DNA of 61,987 nt from Pseudobutyrivibrio sp. GTDB lineage: Bacteria; Bacillota; Clostridia; Lachnospirales; Lachnospiraceae. Below, piece after piece: positions 42,652 through 52,064 of the stretch. The notes under the pieces are model-generated. The model made no database searches, was not told the DNA's origin, and worked only from the letters and a program-made list of their open reading frames with translations. Position numbers and translations under genes: made by a program. Location of the stretch: the NCBI RefSeq assembly GCF_017934625.1, contig NZ_JAGBJE010000118.1. One strand, written 5' to 3'. How positions within the stretch are numbered: position 1 is the first letter of the stretch; every line of letters begins with the position of its first letter.

Positions 42652-42717
42652 TATTCTTTGCCCATCTATTAATAATAAAATCATCTTTAATTCTATCATA
42701 CTAGGGCAAAATTTCAA

Positions 42718-44388
42718 TTAATTCTTTCTACGTTCATAACCAGACTGTGAATAAAATTTAGCCTTATCCTCAAGCATGTTATCATCAGCTATTTTGCAGA
42801 GCTCTTCAGGTAAAACATTTGGATAATCTCTTGTTGATGCCACTCCAATAGATGCAGTAAAACCAGTAACAAATTTGCCATTCCAGGTCTGGGCAATTTT
42901 AGTAAACTTATCGATTCGCCTTTTAAGCTCTGCCTCAGAAGCAATCAGCATAACTATAAATTCATCGCCACCAATTCTACTAATAACAGCAGTTGAGCTA
43001 TCCTCAAAGGCTCCATTGAGACATTCAGCAGTAGCTCTAAGAAGCTCATCACCTGCATCATGGCCAAAATTGTCATTGTAATATTTTAGCCTGTTTACAT
43101 CTATGTATACCACCGTAGTATCTTTTACCAGCTCTTTATCCGCCATAGCAGCTAGCTCTTCGTAAAAATATCTTCGATTGGTGAGATGCGTAAGCTCGTC
43201 AGTATAGGCAAATTCTTTAACCTGAACCAGTTCTTCCTGCTCTTCAACTCTAATGCCAATACGCTTATAAATAACCCCTACCTGTGTAGAAATATAAATA
43301 ATAAGACCTATAACAATTATGACATTATAATTACTATCAATATTATTAATGTACATTGCAAGAGCCACAAGACATATAAACAAGAATAACAGGTTACCAA
43401 TTGCAATGACTCGTCGTTCAGACTTTCTTTTGGCTTCTTTAAGGCTAGTGTATGAATAATAGCAAGCCAGACATACAATAAACAAATCAATAAAGTGACC
43501 AATAATTACTATCTGGCCCCAATCCAATATACCAAACAAGCTAAATATGAATAGCATGAGTATGCTTACTGAAAAAATGCCATCAAGCACATTGTCCCAA
43601 AAGCTTATTCTAAAATTAACCGCTCTTACAAGCTCTAAAAATGCCAAAGGCATTAACAAAAATGCTATTATCTCTAAAATAGCAAAGCCTGTTCCATTTC
43701 CGAATACCACATATAAAAGCCTTGTTTGGCACATTAACCACATACTAGATAACATTGCAAAAAATCCAGCGTAAAGCAACGCTTCAAAGGACAATCTACG
43801 TAATATATGGGAACGCTTTATAATGTAATAGGCCGCAACAAGAGCCTCACAAAAGCCAAAAAACATAAGTATTACAGCAATAGAAATCTGCAACCATTCA
43901 TTTTTAAGAATGTATATTCCATAGCCCGAGCGTGTTGAAATAACAGAACCGTATATTTCTGCACCATATAACGATTGCTGCAAGTTAAGATCAATATCTA
44001 CACGTTTGCCAGAATACTCCGGCTTCATCCTCACATGGATTTCCTTCTTACCTACATTGGAAGAAACATTAAACAGCTTTTGGTCTAATGTACGATAAAC
44101 CTCCTTGCCATCAATATAAACAACCGCGCTCTCGTAATAGCATCTAAAAATTAAAAACTGATCTCCATATACTGTTGGCAGTACATTACTAATCCTAAAT
44201 TCATCCTATGCCTCATAAGGAAACTTAACATCTACACCATTAATGGTCCAACCATTTTCATAATCTACAAAGTTCTCCTTAATGCTGCCATCTTCCTGAT
44301 TAGAATAGGCAAAGCCTAACATTTCTATAAAGATGATTAGAATAATATATATAGCAGCAATAATCTTTCGTATAAACCCCTTATCCAT
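42718..44388 (-). pseudogene. Membrane-sensor diguanylate cyclase (GGDEF) interrupted by one in-frame TAG at 44206-44208
   Basis: ORF 44206-44388 continues in frame after the TAG (DEFRISNVLPTVYGDQFLIFRCYY...) into ORF 42718-44034. That ORF has multiple TM helices, DELTHLTNRR, NDNFGHDAGD and RIGGDEF. Confidence 0.85.
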
Positions 44389-44408
44389 AGCTCACCCCAC
44401 AATTTACG

Positions 44409-45338
44409 CTAGTTTTCAGGTACCTCTATTCCAAATTCACTAGGTAAAAATCTTGGACATACATTGTCCGATGTAACAATGACAGATGCAGCTAGTGTTG
44501 AACCAATCTCACAAGCCTCCTGCATTGTTTTTCCGTATGTAAGACCCACAGTAACACCTGCAAAGAATGAATCTCCTGCTCCTGTAGTATCCTTTACATC
44601 TACCTTTCTTGCTGGAACAAATCCAGTGTTACCATCTATATCGGCATATATTGCACCCTTGCCACCAAGTGTAACAATCATCTTTTTAATCTGAGCACCC
44701 TGAACCTTCTTAACCAGAATCTCTTCCATCTCCTCAGGAGTCTTTTCTGAATAATCATCCATAAACAGAATTCCTGCCTCCTGCTGATTGCATACAAAGC
44801 ATTCTACATTCTTAAGAAAATCTCTACGCTCTACAGCAATGCTCATGTTTGAAACCGCTGCGTATACCTTAAGATTATACTTTTCAGCGTACTTGAACAC
44901 TCTTTTTATAGTGTCCTTTTCCATATCTATCTCAAGAGCAATACTATCTGCATCCTTAAAAATTTCATCTCCCTCTTCATCAAGAATATCATTAATAACT
45001 GAAAGGTCAGGACGCTTTGATATAGATGCAACAACATCTCCATGATTATCAAATACAGCCAACCATTTACCCATTCCATCAGGAGTGCGTCGAACAAATC
45101 TTGTATCTACCTTGTGATTATTAAGCTTCTCTAACACACCTGTACCGATTCCGCTTTCATCAACAAGACTTACAAATGTAGGTCTAAGCTCAACATTTGC
45201 AATATCTTCAACAACATTTCTACTAACGCCACCATGAACCTCTTCTACAGTTCCAACATTTCTTCCCGCTGGAATATAACTAGATGTTGAATGACCTTTA
45301 ATATCAATAAATACTGCTCCTAAAACTACGATACCCAT
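44409..45338 (-). CDS. PfkB-family carbohydrate/nucleoside kinase
   Basis: HGGVSRNV, CNQQEA, VTLGGKGA and DTTGAGDSF motifs. Confidence 0.92.
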   Translation of the reverse strand: MGIVVLGAVFIDIKGHSTSSYIPAGRNVGTVEEVHGGVSRNVVEDIANVELRPTFVSLVDESGIGTGVLEKLNNHKVDTRFVRRTPDGMGKWLAVFDNHGDVVASISKRPDLSVINDILDEEGDEIFKDADSIALEIDMEKDTIKRVFKYAEKYNLKVYAAVSNMSIAVERRDFLKNVECFVCNQQEAGILFMDDYSEKTPEEMEEILVKKVQGAQIKKMIVTLGGKGAIYADIDGNTGFVPARKVDVKDTTGAGDSFFAGVTVGLTYGKTMQEACEIGSTLAASVIVTSDNVCPRFLPSEFGIEVPEN

Positions 45339-45464
45339 GTTAATTCCTCTTTCTTTAATTTATAATCTATCCGATTATAACACTCGAGAACATATTAGCA
45401 AATATTTGTGTAAAATTTATAGAGAAATATGTTAGAATTTGAATAATTAAACGAGGTATTTAAA

Positions 45465-46397
45465 ATGATTAAAGTAGATTTAGTAACAGGCTTCTTAGGT
45501 AGTGGTAAAACAACTTTTTTAAAACTATATGCAAAGCATTTCATGGATAAAGGACTTAGAATCGGTATTCTAGAAAACGATTATGGTGCCGTAAACGTTG
45601 ATATGCTTCTTTTAAACGAGCTTAGAGGGGATAATTGCGAGCTTGAAATGGTCGCAGGTGGATGTGATGCTGACTGTCACAGACGCCGTTTTAAAACAAA
45701 GCTTATTGCTATGGCCATGAGTGGCTATGATAGAGTTATAATTGAACCTTCCGGTATATTCGATGTGGACGAATTTTTTGATGTGCTCCATGAAGAGCCA
45801 CTAGACAGATTCTATGAAATAGGTAACGTAATTACGATAGTTAATGCAAAGCTTGAAGATGAATTGTCAACAGATTCTGATTTCTATTTAGCTTCTCAAA
45901 TTGCAAATGCCGGAATGATTGTTCTTAGCAGAACCCAGCTTACTGACAATACTCAAATAGAAAAAACAAAGGCGCATTTGAAGCGTGCTGCTGAGAACTG
46001 CCAGCTCAAAATCGACATAGACAAGCTTTGCTATACAAAACCTTGGGATGATTTGACTGAAGATGATTTTGCTATACTTACGAACTGCAGCTACGCTACC
46101 CGTTCTTACATTAAAAGAAGAACCACAGATGACGGCGGATACAAAACTGTTTATTTCTTGGAACTTCCAATGAAAAAGTCAGCTATAAAAGCTAAAATTA
46201 ACACTCTTATGTCTGACGAAGCTTTTGGAACTATCCATAGAGCAAAGGGGTTCTTCCTTGACGAAGGAATCTGGTATCAGTTCAATGCCACCCATGATGA
46301 TTTTGAACTAACCGAAATGCCAGTAGGCCAGGAAGTATTTATCGTTATAGGTGAAAATCTAAACGAAAAAGGGATAAAAGAATATATGCAAAAATAA
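45465..46397 (+). CDS. CobW/COG0523-like P-loop GTPase (metallochaperone family)
   Basis: TGFLGSGKTT, ENDYG, IEPSG and RAKG motifs. Confidence 0.88.
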   Translation: MIKVDLVTGFLGSGKTTFLKLYAKHFMDKGLRIGILENDYGAVNVDMLLLNELRGDNCELEMVAGGCDADCHRRRFKTKLIAMAMSGYDRVIIEPSGIFDVDEFFDVLHEEPLDRFYEIGNVITIVNAKLEDELSTDSDFYLASQIANAGMIVLSRTQLTDNTQIEKTKAHLKRAAENCQLKIDIDKLCYTKPWDDLTEDDFAILTNCSYATRSYIKRRTTDDGGYKTVYFLELPMKKSAIKAKINTLMSDEAFGTIHRAKGFFLDEGIWYQFNATHDDFELTEMPVGQEVFIVIGENLNEKGIKEYMQK

Positions 46398-46488
46398 AAA
46401 TCCTGTTAGGCCAACAAAAATTATATTTCTCCAATAATCTAAAAGGATTTTCTTGAGAAATATAATTCTTGTTACCTTCAGGATTTTT
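46396..46488. terminator. About 93-nt extended hairpin, probably a bidirectional terminator
   Basis: AAAAATCCTG...CAGGATTTTT outer stem, AATTATATTTCTC/GAGAAATATAATT and apical AATC/GATT. Confidence 0.75.
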
Positions 46489-47726
46489 TAGTTAACTATT
46501 TCCCCTGCGATAGCACTTTTAGCTGCTGTAACAGGGCTGGCAAGATATATCTTAACCTTGCTGGTTCCCATTCTTCCAAGGAAATTTCTATTATTTGTGG
46601 CAACCACCACCTCATCATCTGAAAGAATTCCGCCACCTCTACCGCAGCAAAGCCCACAGCCTGGTGTAGTAATAATGCAGCCTGCATCATTAAGAATTTC
46701 TATTGTCCCATCATGAAGTGCCTCTCTGTATATCTTACGACTGGCAGGCGTAACAATCATCTTTACGAAAGGTGCTACATGCTTTCCCTTTAGGATTGCT
46801 GCAGCTGTCCTCAAATCCTCTAATCTTCCATTTGTGCAGGAGCCTAAAAATACTTGATTCACCTTAACTCCCTTAAGCTCAGACACAGGCTTAATATTAT
46901 CAACCAATGAAGGACATGCGCATACTGGTACAAAATCCTCAGCTCTATATCTTAAAACCTTCGAATAAATAGCATCATCGTCAGCCTTAAGTGCCTTAAT
47001 ACTGTCATCATAAGGAATCTTGCAATAATCGCAGGTCTTCTCATCTGGTGCAAAAATACCACATTTAGCACCTGCCTCTACAGCCATATTAGACATAGTC
47101 ATTCTGCTTGCAACACTCATAGCTTCCACTGTGCTACCTGTAAATTCAAGTGACTGATATGTTGCTCCTGAAGCTGTCAAATCACCAATAATTCGAAGAA
47201 TTATATCTTTAGATGTTACGTTTCCAGGCAAAGTTCCATCTATCTCAACCTTTATAGTCTCTGGAACCTTAATCCACAGCTCTCCTGTTCCAAGAATACC
47301 TGCCATTTCCGTGTAACCAATACCTGTTGAGAACGCCCCCACACATCCATAAGTTACTGTATGACTATCTGTTCCAAAGGCAATATCTCCAGGCTTTACA
47401 TAGCCTGCCTCAGTCATTAGCTGATGGCAGATTCCATCTGTTCTATGAACGTTCTTGATTCCATATTTTTCAGCAAACTCATCCCCCACTCTAAAGTGTC
47501 GGCTGTCATCCACCTGTGTTGCAGGAAGGAAATGGTCATATATAAGCACAACGCTATCAGGCTTTGCAACCTTGCTAAATCCCATCTCTTCAAACTTCTG
47601 TACGGCAAATGGTACCATAATATCATCAATCATGCACCAGTCTACAGGTACTGTAACAATATCTCCTGGCTTTACCTCATGCCCTACCTTATTTCCAATT
47701 ATCTTTTCAACTAATGTATGTCCCAT
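46488..47726 (-). CDS. Aconitase-family hydro-lyase large subunit (LeuC/HacA/DmdA-like), copy 2
   Basis: DH, GICHQ, GTDSHT, FLGSCTNGRLEDL, CGLCCG and NRNFLGRMG motifs. Confidence 0.92.
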   Translation of the reverse strand: MGHTLVEKIIGNKVGHEVKPGDIVTVPVDWCMIDDIMVPFAVQKFEEMGFSKVAKPDSVVLIYDHFLPATQVDDSRHFRVGDEFAEKYGIKNVHRTDGICHQLMTEAGYVKPGDIAFGTDSHTVTYGCVGAFSTGIGYTEMAGILGTGELWIKVPETIKVEIDGTLPGNVTSKDIILRIIGDLTASGATYQSLEFTGSTVEAMSVASRMTMSNMAVEAGAKCGIFAPDEKTCDYCKIPYDDSIKALKADDDAIYSKVLRYRAEDFVPVCACPSLVDNIKPVSELKGVKVNQVFLGSCTNGRLEDLRTAAAILKGKHVAPFVKMIVTPASRKIYREALHDGTIEILNDAGCIITTPGCGLCCGRGGGILSDDEVVVATNNRNFLGRMGTSKVKIYLASPVTAAKSAIAGEIVN

Positions 47727-47737
47727 AGTATCTCCAA

Positions 47738-48223
47738 TTAATCCAAACCATTCTTCTTTCTCATTGCCTTAACCAGTCCACCTGCTTCTAATATCTCTAG
47801 CAGATTATCAGGAAGTGAGGCTATAGGATATGATTTTCCATTAACCTTTATTTCCTTACCAGTTTCCACCTCTGCCACATCACCCTCTTTAACCTCATCA
47901 TACAAATCAGGCTGCTCTATTAGAAGGAGTCCATTATTAATAGCATTTCTAAAGAAGATTCTTGCATAGCTTTTAGCCACTATGCATGAAATTCCAAGCG
48001 CCTTTACCACCTCAGGAGCCTGTTCTCTAGATGAACCGCAACCAAAATTATGGCCTGCTACTATCATATCACCTGGCTGTATTTTAGCCGCAAGCTCTGG
48101 ACGCAGCGGACTAAAAGCATAAGGCTTCATATCTTCCACAGTCTCAAATGCTAAATATTCTGTAGGCAAGATAATATCTGTATCTATATCATCTCCAAGT
48201 TTCCAAATCTTTGCTTTAAACAT
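47738..48223 (-). CDS. LeuD/HacB-like small subunit, copy 2
   Basis: DIDTDII, NFGCGSSREQA and SYARIFFRNAIN motifs. Confidence 0.92.
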   Translation of the reverse strand: MFKAKIWKLGDDIDTDIILPTEYLAFETVEDMKPYAFSPLRPELAAKIQPGDMIVAGHNFGCGSSREQAPEVVKALGISCIVAKSYARIFFRNAINNGLLLIEQPDLYDEVKEGDVAEVETGKEIKVNGKSYPIASLPDNLLEILEAGGLVKAMRKKNGLD

Positions 48224-48244
48224 ACGCTTTCTCCTAGTCTATAT

Positions 48245-48384
48245 ATAAAAGAATCCATCCTAGATTTTCATGCTCCCGGAAGCCATCTCCCATTGGAGCC
48301 AAGGGAACCTCCCTAAAGGGTCCCTCCTTAACTCCATGGGGCCCTCTTCCTCGCGCTCGCCAACTTCTACAAGGATTCTTTTAT
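48245..48384 (-). repeat. 140-nt GC-rich extended stem-loop between the two LeuD/LeuC pairs
   Basis: 12-bp perfect outer inverted repeat ATAAAAGAATCC/GGATTCTTTTAT, inner GGAAG/CTTCC, CCCAT/ATGGG and GGAGTTAAGG/CCTTGGCTCC (G-U pairs on the minus strand). Confidence 0.7.
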
Positions 48385-48386
48385 TC

Positions 48387-49634
48387 CTAAAGTTTCTCAG
48401 CTGATACAATATATCCACGTACGGCGGATGCGGTGACGGTGGCGGCGCTGGCAAGATAGACGAATGAATCCTTGTGGCCTGCGCGTCCCTTAAAGTTGCG
48501 GGTGCCTGTAGATATGAGAGTCTCTCCCTCTCCAATAACGCCCTGGCAAGCTCCCCAACATACTGAGCAGTTAGGATTCATAACCATGGCTCCTGCTTCC
48601 ATAAATATATCTAAGAGTCCTTCCTTAAGAGCCTGCTTATAGACAGCTCTACTTGCAGGAACCACCAAAAATCTCACCTTATCTGCCACATGCTTTCCCT
48701 TAATGATAGCAGCTCCCACTCGCAAATCTTCAATACGTCCATTATTACAGCTGCCAAGGAAGGCTTCATCAATCTTTGTACCTTCGCATTCACTTACAGG
48801 CACTACGCTATCTACAAAATGAGGCTTCGCAACGATAGGTTCAATCTCAGCCAAATCAATATCTATTACCTGTGAAAATACCGCATCTTCGTCAGATTTA
48901 AATATCGCCTTAGGCTCTCTACCATGCTCCTTAAGATAATCAAGCGCCACATCATCCACTTCCATAAGAGCAGTCTTGGCACCGGCCTCAACACATAGAT
49001 TACATATAGCAATTCTATCTGCCATTGAAAGACTGGCCATGCCATCCCCTACAAATTCCATAGCCTTATAGTTGGCTCCATTCGCTGAAATCTGACCAAT
49101 TATTGTCAGAATCAAGTCTCTAGCATATACACCATCTCTTAGCTTACCATGAAGATTAATCTTAATAGTCTCAGGAACTAGTAGCCATGATGTACCTGTA
49201 ACCATGGCATACAGATAGTCTGTACAGCCTACACCTGTTCCAAATGCTCCAAGAGCACCATAAGCACATGTATGTGAATCAGCGCCAAATATCAGCTCGC
49301 CTGGGCGCACATGATTTTCCATCATAACCTGATGGCACACACCTTCGCCCTCATAAAATGTAATACCATGTTCCCTTGCAAAATCCCTCATCTTTTTATG
49401 ACTAGCTGCAGTCTTTGGACTATCTGATGGAATATTGTGATCAATAATCCACACCAGCTTACTCACATCTGCAATCCTAGGATTCTTCAAATTGTTGTAC
49501 ATATCTATAGTCAAATGCGTTGTTCCATCATTTGACATCAATCTATCTAATGTAACAGTTTCGATATCGCCTGCCTTGCAGCTTTCTACACCAGCTGCGG
49601 CTGCGATTATCTTTTCAGCCATTGTCATTCCCAT
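48387..49634 (-). CDS. Aconitase-family hydro-lyase large subunit (LeuC/HacA/DmdA-like), copy 1
   Basis: DH, GVCHQ, GADSHT, FLGSCNNGRIEDL, CSVCWG and TRNFKGRAG motifs. Start set at MGMTMAEK. Confidence 0.92.
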   Translation of the reverse strand: MGMTMAEKIIAAAAGVESCKAGDIETVTLDRLMSNDGTTHLTIDMYNNLKNPRIADVSKLVWIIDHNIPSDSPKTAASHKKMRDFAREHGITFYEGEGVCHQVMMENHVRPGELIFGADSHTCAYGALGAFGTGVGCTDYLYAMVTGTSWLLVPETIKINLHGKLRDGVYARDLILTIIGQISANGANYKAMEFVGDGMASLSMADRIAICNLCVEAGAKTALMEVDDVALDYLKEHGREPKAIFKSDEDAVFSQVIDIDLAEIEPIVAKPHFVDSVVPVSECEGTKIDEAFLGSCNNGRIEDLRVGAAIIKGKHVADKVRFLVVPASRAVYKQALKEGLLDIFMEAGAMVMNPNCSVCWGACQGVIGEGETLISTGTRNFKGRAGHKDSFVYLASAATVTASAVRGYIVSAEKL

Positions 49635-49677
49635 AATTATTGTCTCCTTATAGTCCGCATAGTTACGCAAACAAGCA

Positions 49678-50151
49678 TTATATTTCCCCGTTCAACGAGG
49701 CGATTAGACCGCCCTGATCTAATATTTCCTGCATTTTAGCTGGAAGCTTGGTGCAAGAATAGGTGGTGCCGCCTGTTTTTATGATTCCCTGTTCTAAATC
49801 AAGCTCCATATCATCGCCTTCTTTAACCACATCGTAGAGCTCCTTGCTAACGATTACAGGCATACCAATGTTGATAGAGTTTCTATAGAAAATTCTGGCA
49901 AAGGATTTAGCAACAACAGCCTTAACCCCAAGAGCCTTTAGCACACTAGGTGCCTGCTCTCTAGATGAACCACACCCAAAATTCTCATCCGCCACAACGA
50001 AATCACCTGGCTTAACCAGCTTTGCAAACTCGCTGTTTAGCGATTCAAATGTATGTGTCTTCATTTCGTCTATAGTTGGAAATAGTAGATACTGGGAAGC
50101 GATAATCTGATCAGTATCCACATCTTTGTTGAATTTAAATACTTTACCCAT
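49678..50151 (-). CDS. LeuD/HacB-like small subunit, copy 1
   Basis: DVDTDQII, NFGCGSSREQA and SFARIFYRNSIN motifs. Confidence 0.92.
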   Translation of the reverse strand: MGKVFKFNKDVDTDQIIASQYLLFPTIDEMKTHTFESLNSEFAKLVKPGDFVVADENFGCGSSREQAPSVLKALGVKAVVAKSFARIFYRNSINIGMPVIVSKELYDVVKEGDDMELDLEQGIIKTGGTTYSCTKLPAKMQEILDQGGLIASLNGEI

Positions 50152-50300
50152 AACAAGACTCCTTAATTATTTTTCATATATTCTATCCTAATTCTTTAGT
50201 AATTTAAAGAGGTAAATCATCTGTTTTCTATTTAGAACTTTAAATAATAATGATTATGGATTATTATATTAAATACGATTTTAATTTTAGGAGATATATC

Positions 50301-50819
50301 ATGAATTTAGTATTAATCGGAAGAATCTTTTCTTTATTAGCTTGTATCCTTATGGTTATCATTGGATATCTAAAACATAAAAAAACAATACTTTGGGCTC
50401 AGAACCTTCAGTTTATCCTGTTTTCTATTTCATATGCCTGCCTAGGAGGCATCGCCGCTGTTGTTGGTAATATGGTCAGCCTTCTTCGAAATCTTATTTG
50501 CCTCAAGTGTAACCTTACTCTTCCACTACAGATTTTCTTTATCGGCTTCCAGGGTGTATTTACATTCATTACTACCCAAAACAGATGGATTGATTGGCTC
50601 CCATTTGTAGCTGCAACATGTATTACTTTATCACTTAGTTCAAAGAAGGATATCATTATAAAGCTTGGTTGTATCGGTAGCATTCTTTGCTTCGGCACCT
50701 ACGATTTCTTCCTTCAGAACTGGATTGTATTTGGATTCGATTGTTTCTCACTTGTAACTAGCTTAATTGGTGTTTACAGAATCACCTTTGATAAAAAAGA
50801 AGCGGAAGAGACCTTTTAA
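50301..50819 (+). CDS. Inner-membrane protein, YgjV-like
   Basis: Small, highly hydrophobic protein with LGG..A...N.....RN pattern; AGGAG RBS before MNLVLIG. Confidence 0.7.
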   Translation: MNLVLIGRIFSLLACILMVIIGYLKHKKTILWAQNLQFILFSISYACLGGIAAVVGNMVSLLRNLICLKCNLTLPLQIFFIGFQGVFTFITTQNRWIDWLPFVAATCITLSLSSKKDIIIKLGCIGSILCFGTYDFFLQNWIVFGFDCFSLVTSLIGVYRITFDKKEAEETF

Positions 50820-50836
50820 AGGCTCTTCCGTTTTTT
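50803..50836. terminator. Terminator between the YgjV-like gene and alr
   Basis: CGGAAGAG...CTCTTCCG-TTTTTT. Confidence 0.65.
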
Positions 50837-52004
50837 AAAATCTTAGCATTAACTCTCGTTCTATTTCTTCACCATTTCTATAATATACTCTTGGTACTCT
50901 CTTACTTACAGCACATGTAAGCTCGTATGGTATAGTTCCAGCCAAAGCTGCCAAATCATCTACTGAATTATTCTCACCAAAGATTTCTACTTCACTTCCA
51001 ACATCAACAGATGGCATATCAGTAATATCAATCATACACATATCCATGCAAATCTTACCGCGAAGCTTTGCAGGACCTTCCTTGGTAATAAGCGAACAAT
51101 TATTAGAAAGACTCCTAAGGAACCCATCAGCATATCCATATGGAAGTACACCTACTCTTGTAGTCTTGTCTGTAACGTAGGTTCTACCATAGCTTATAGC
51201 TGTTCCTTCGGGATAAATCTTTATGGTGCTAACTGTAGTCTTAAGCGTCATGGCAGGACGAAGATTCATTTCACGAGCGAATTCCCCATATCCGTATAAA
51301 AGTAGACCTGGGCGAACCATATCAAGGTAGGTCTCAGGGAAACGTGCTGTAGCACCAGTATTAGCACAATGTCTAATCTTAAACTTATGTCCTAGTCTTT
51401 CCTCAACAGCCTTGATTACGCTTGTAAATAATTCAAACTGATGCTTTGTGTATTCATCATTGTTCTCACCAAACTCATCTGCAACAGCAAAGTGAGTGAA
51501 GATTCCCTCTGCATCTAGGCCAGGTAATCCACAAGCCTCTGCGATACCATTAACTCCAGTATCAAAATATGTGTTATCACAAAGATACCCAAGTCTAGAC
51601 ATTCCTGTGTCTACCTTAATGTGAATCTTTAGGGTGCCTCCGCATTTAACCGCCTCTGCACTATATTCGTCTGCCTTGGCCTTGCATGTAACAGCCTGTG
51701 TAATATTGTATTCAATCAGGCGTCCAACCTGCTCCTTTGGTGTGTGGCCAAGAATAAGGATTGGCATTGTAATTCCATTAGAGCGAAGCTCTAAAGCCTC
51801 ATCAGCACTGCTGACAGCTAAGTAGTCTGCCCCAAGCTCCTGCAAAAGGCGCCCCACCTGAATACTACCATGTCCGTAGGCATCTGCCTTAACTACTCCA
51901 AGAAATTTAACATCGCTTCCGATTTTCTGTCTGATTACTTTATAATTGTAGGCTATTGCATCCAAATTGATGTCAGCCCATGTACGTCTAAGTGTTGATT
52001 CCAT
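50835..52004 (-). CDS. alr: Alanine racemase
   Basis: VVKADAYGHG (PLP lysine), KVDTGMSRLG, FTHFA, GYADG and CMD motifs. Confidence 0.96.
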   Translation of the reverse strand: MESTLRRTWADINLDAIAYNYKVIRQKIGSDVKFLGVVKADAYGHGSIQVGRLLQELGADYLAVSSADEALELRSNGITMPILILGHTPKEQVGRLIEYNITQAVTCKAKADEYSAEAVKCGGTLKIHIKVDTGMSRLGYLCDNTYFDTGVNGIAEACGLPGLDAEGIFTHFAVADEFGENNDEYTKHQFELFTSVIKAVEERLGHKFKIRHCANTGATARFPETYLDMVRPGLLLYGYGEFAREMNLRPAMTLKTTVSTIKIYPEGTAISYGRTYVTDKTTRVGVLPYGYADGFLRSLSNNCSLITKEGPAKLRGKICMDMCMIDITDMPSVDVGSEVEIFGENNSVDDLAALAGTIPYELTCAVSKRVPRVYYRNGEEIERELMLRF

Positions 52005-52064
52005 TATAGTATTGCTCCCATATATTTATTCAAACAATACTATTATATCCTTTTATCAAAAAAA

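Noticed and set aside
42431-42720. ZTP or THF riboswitch upstream of fchA-folD
   Set aside because: A terminator is present, but I see no aptamer consensus and the region reads as a small ORF with its own promoter. An Rfam search would settle it.
44206-44208. Programmed amber read-through (pyrrolysine) in the GGDEF gene
   Set aside because: No pyl genes or suppressor tRNA in the window, and other genes here end normally at TAG.
48260-48535. 91-aa minus-strand ORF running from leuC1 into the GC-rich element
   Set aside because: Out-of-frame overlap with leuC1 and no RBS; it is open only because of local GC richness.
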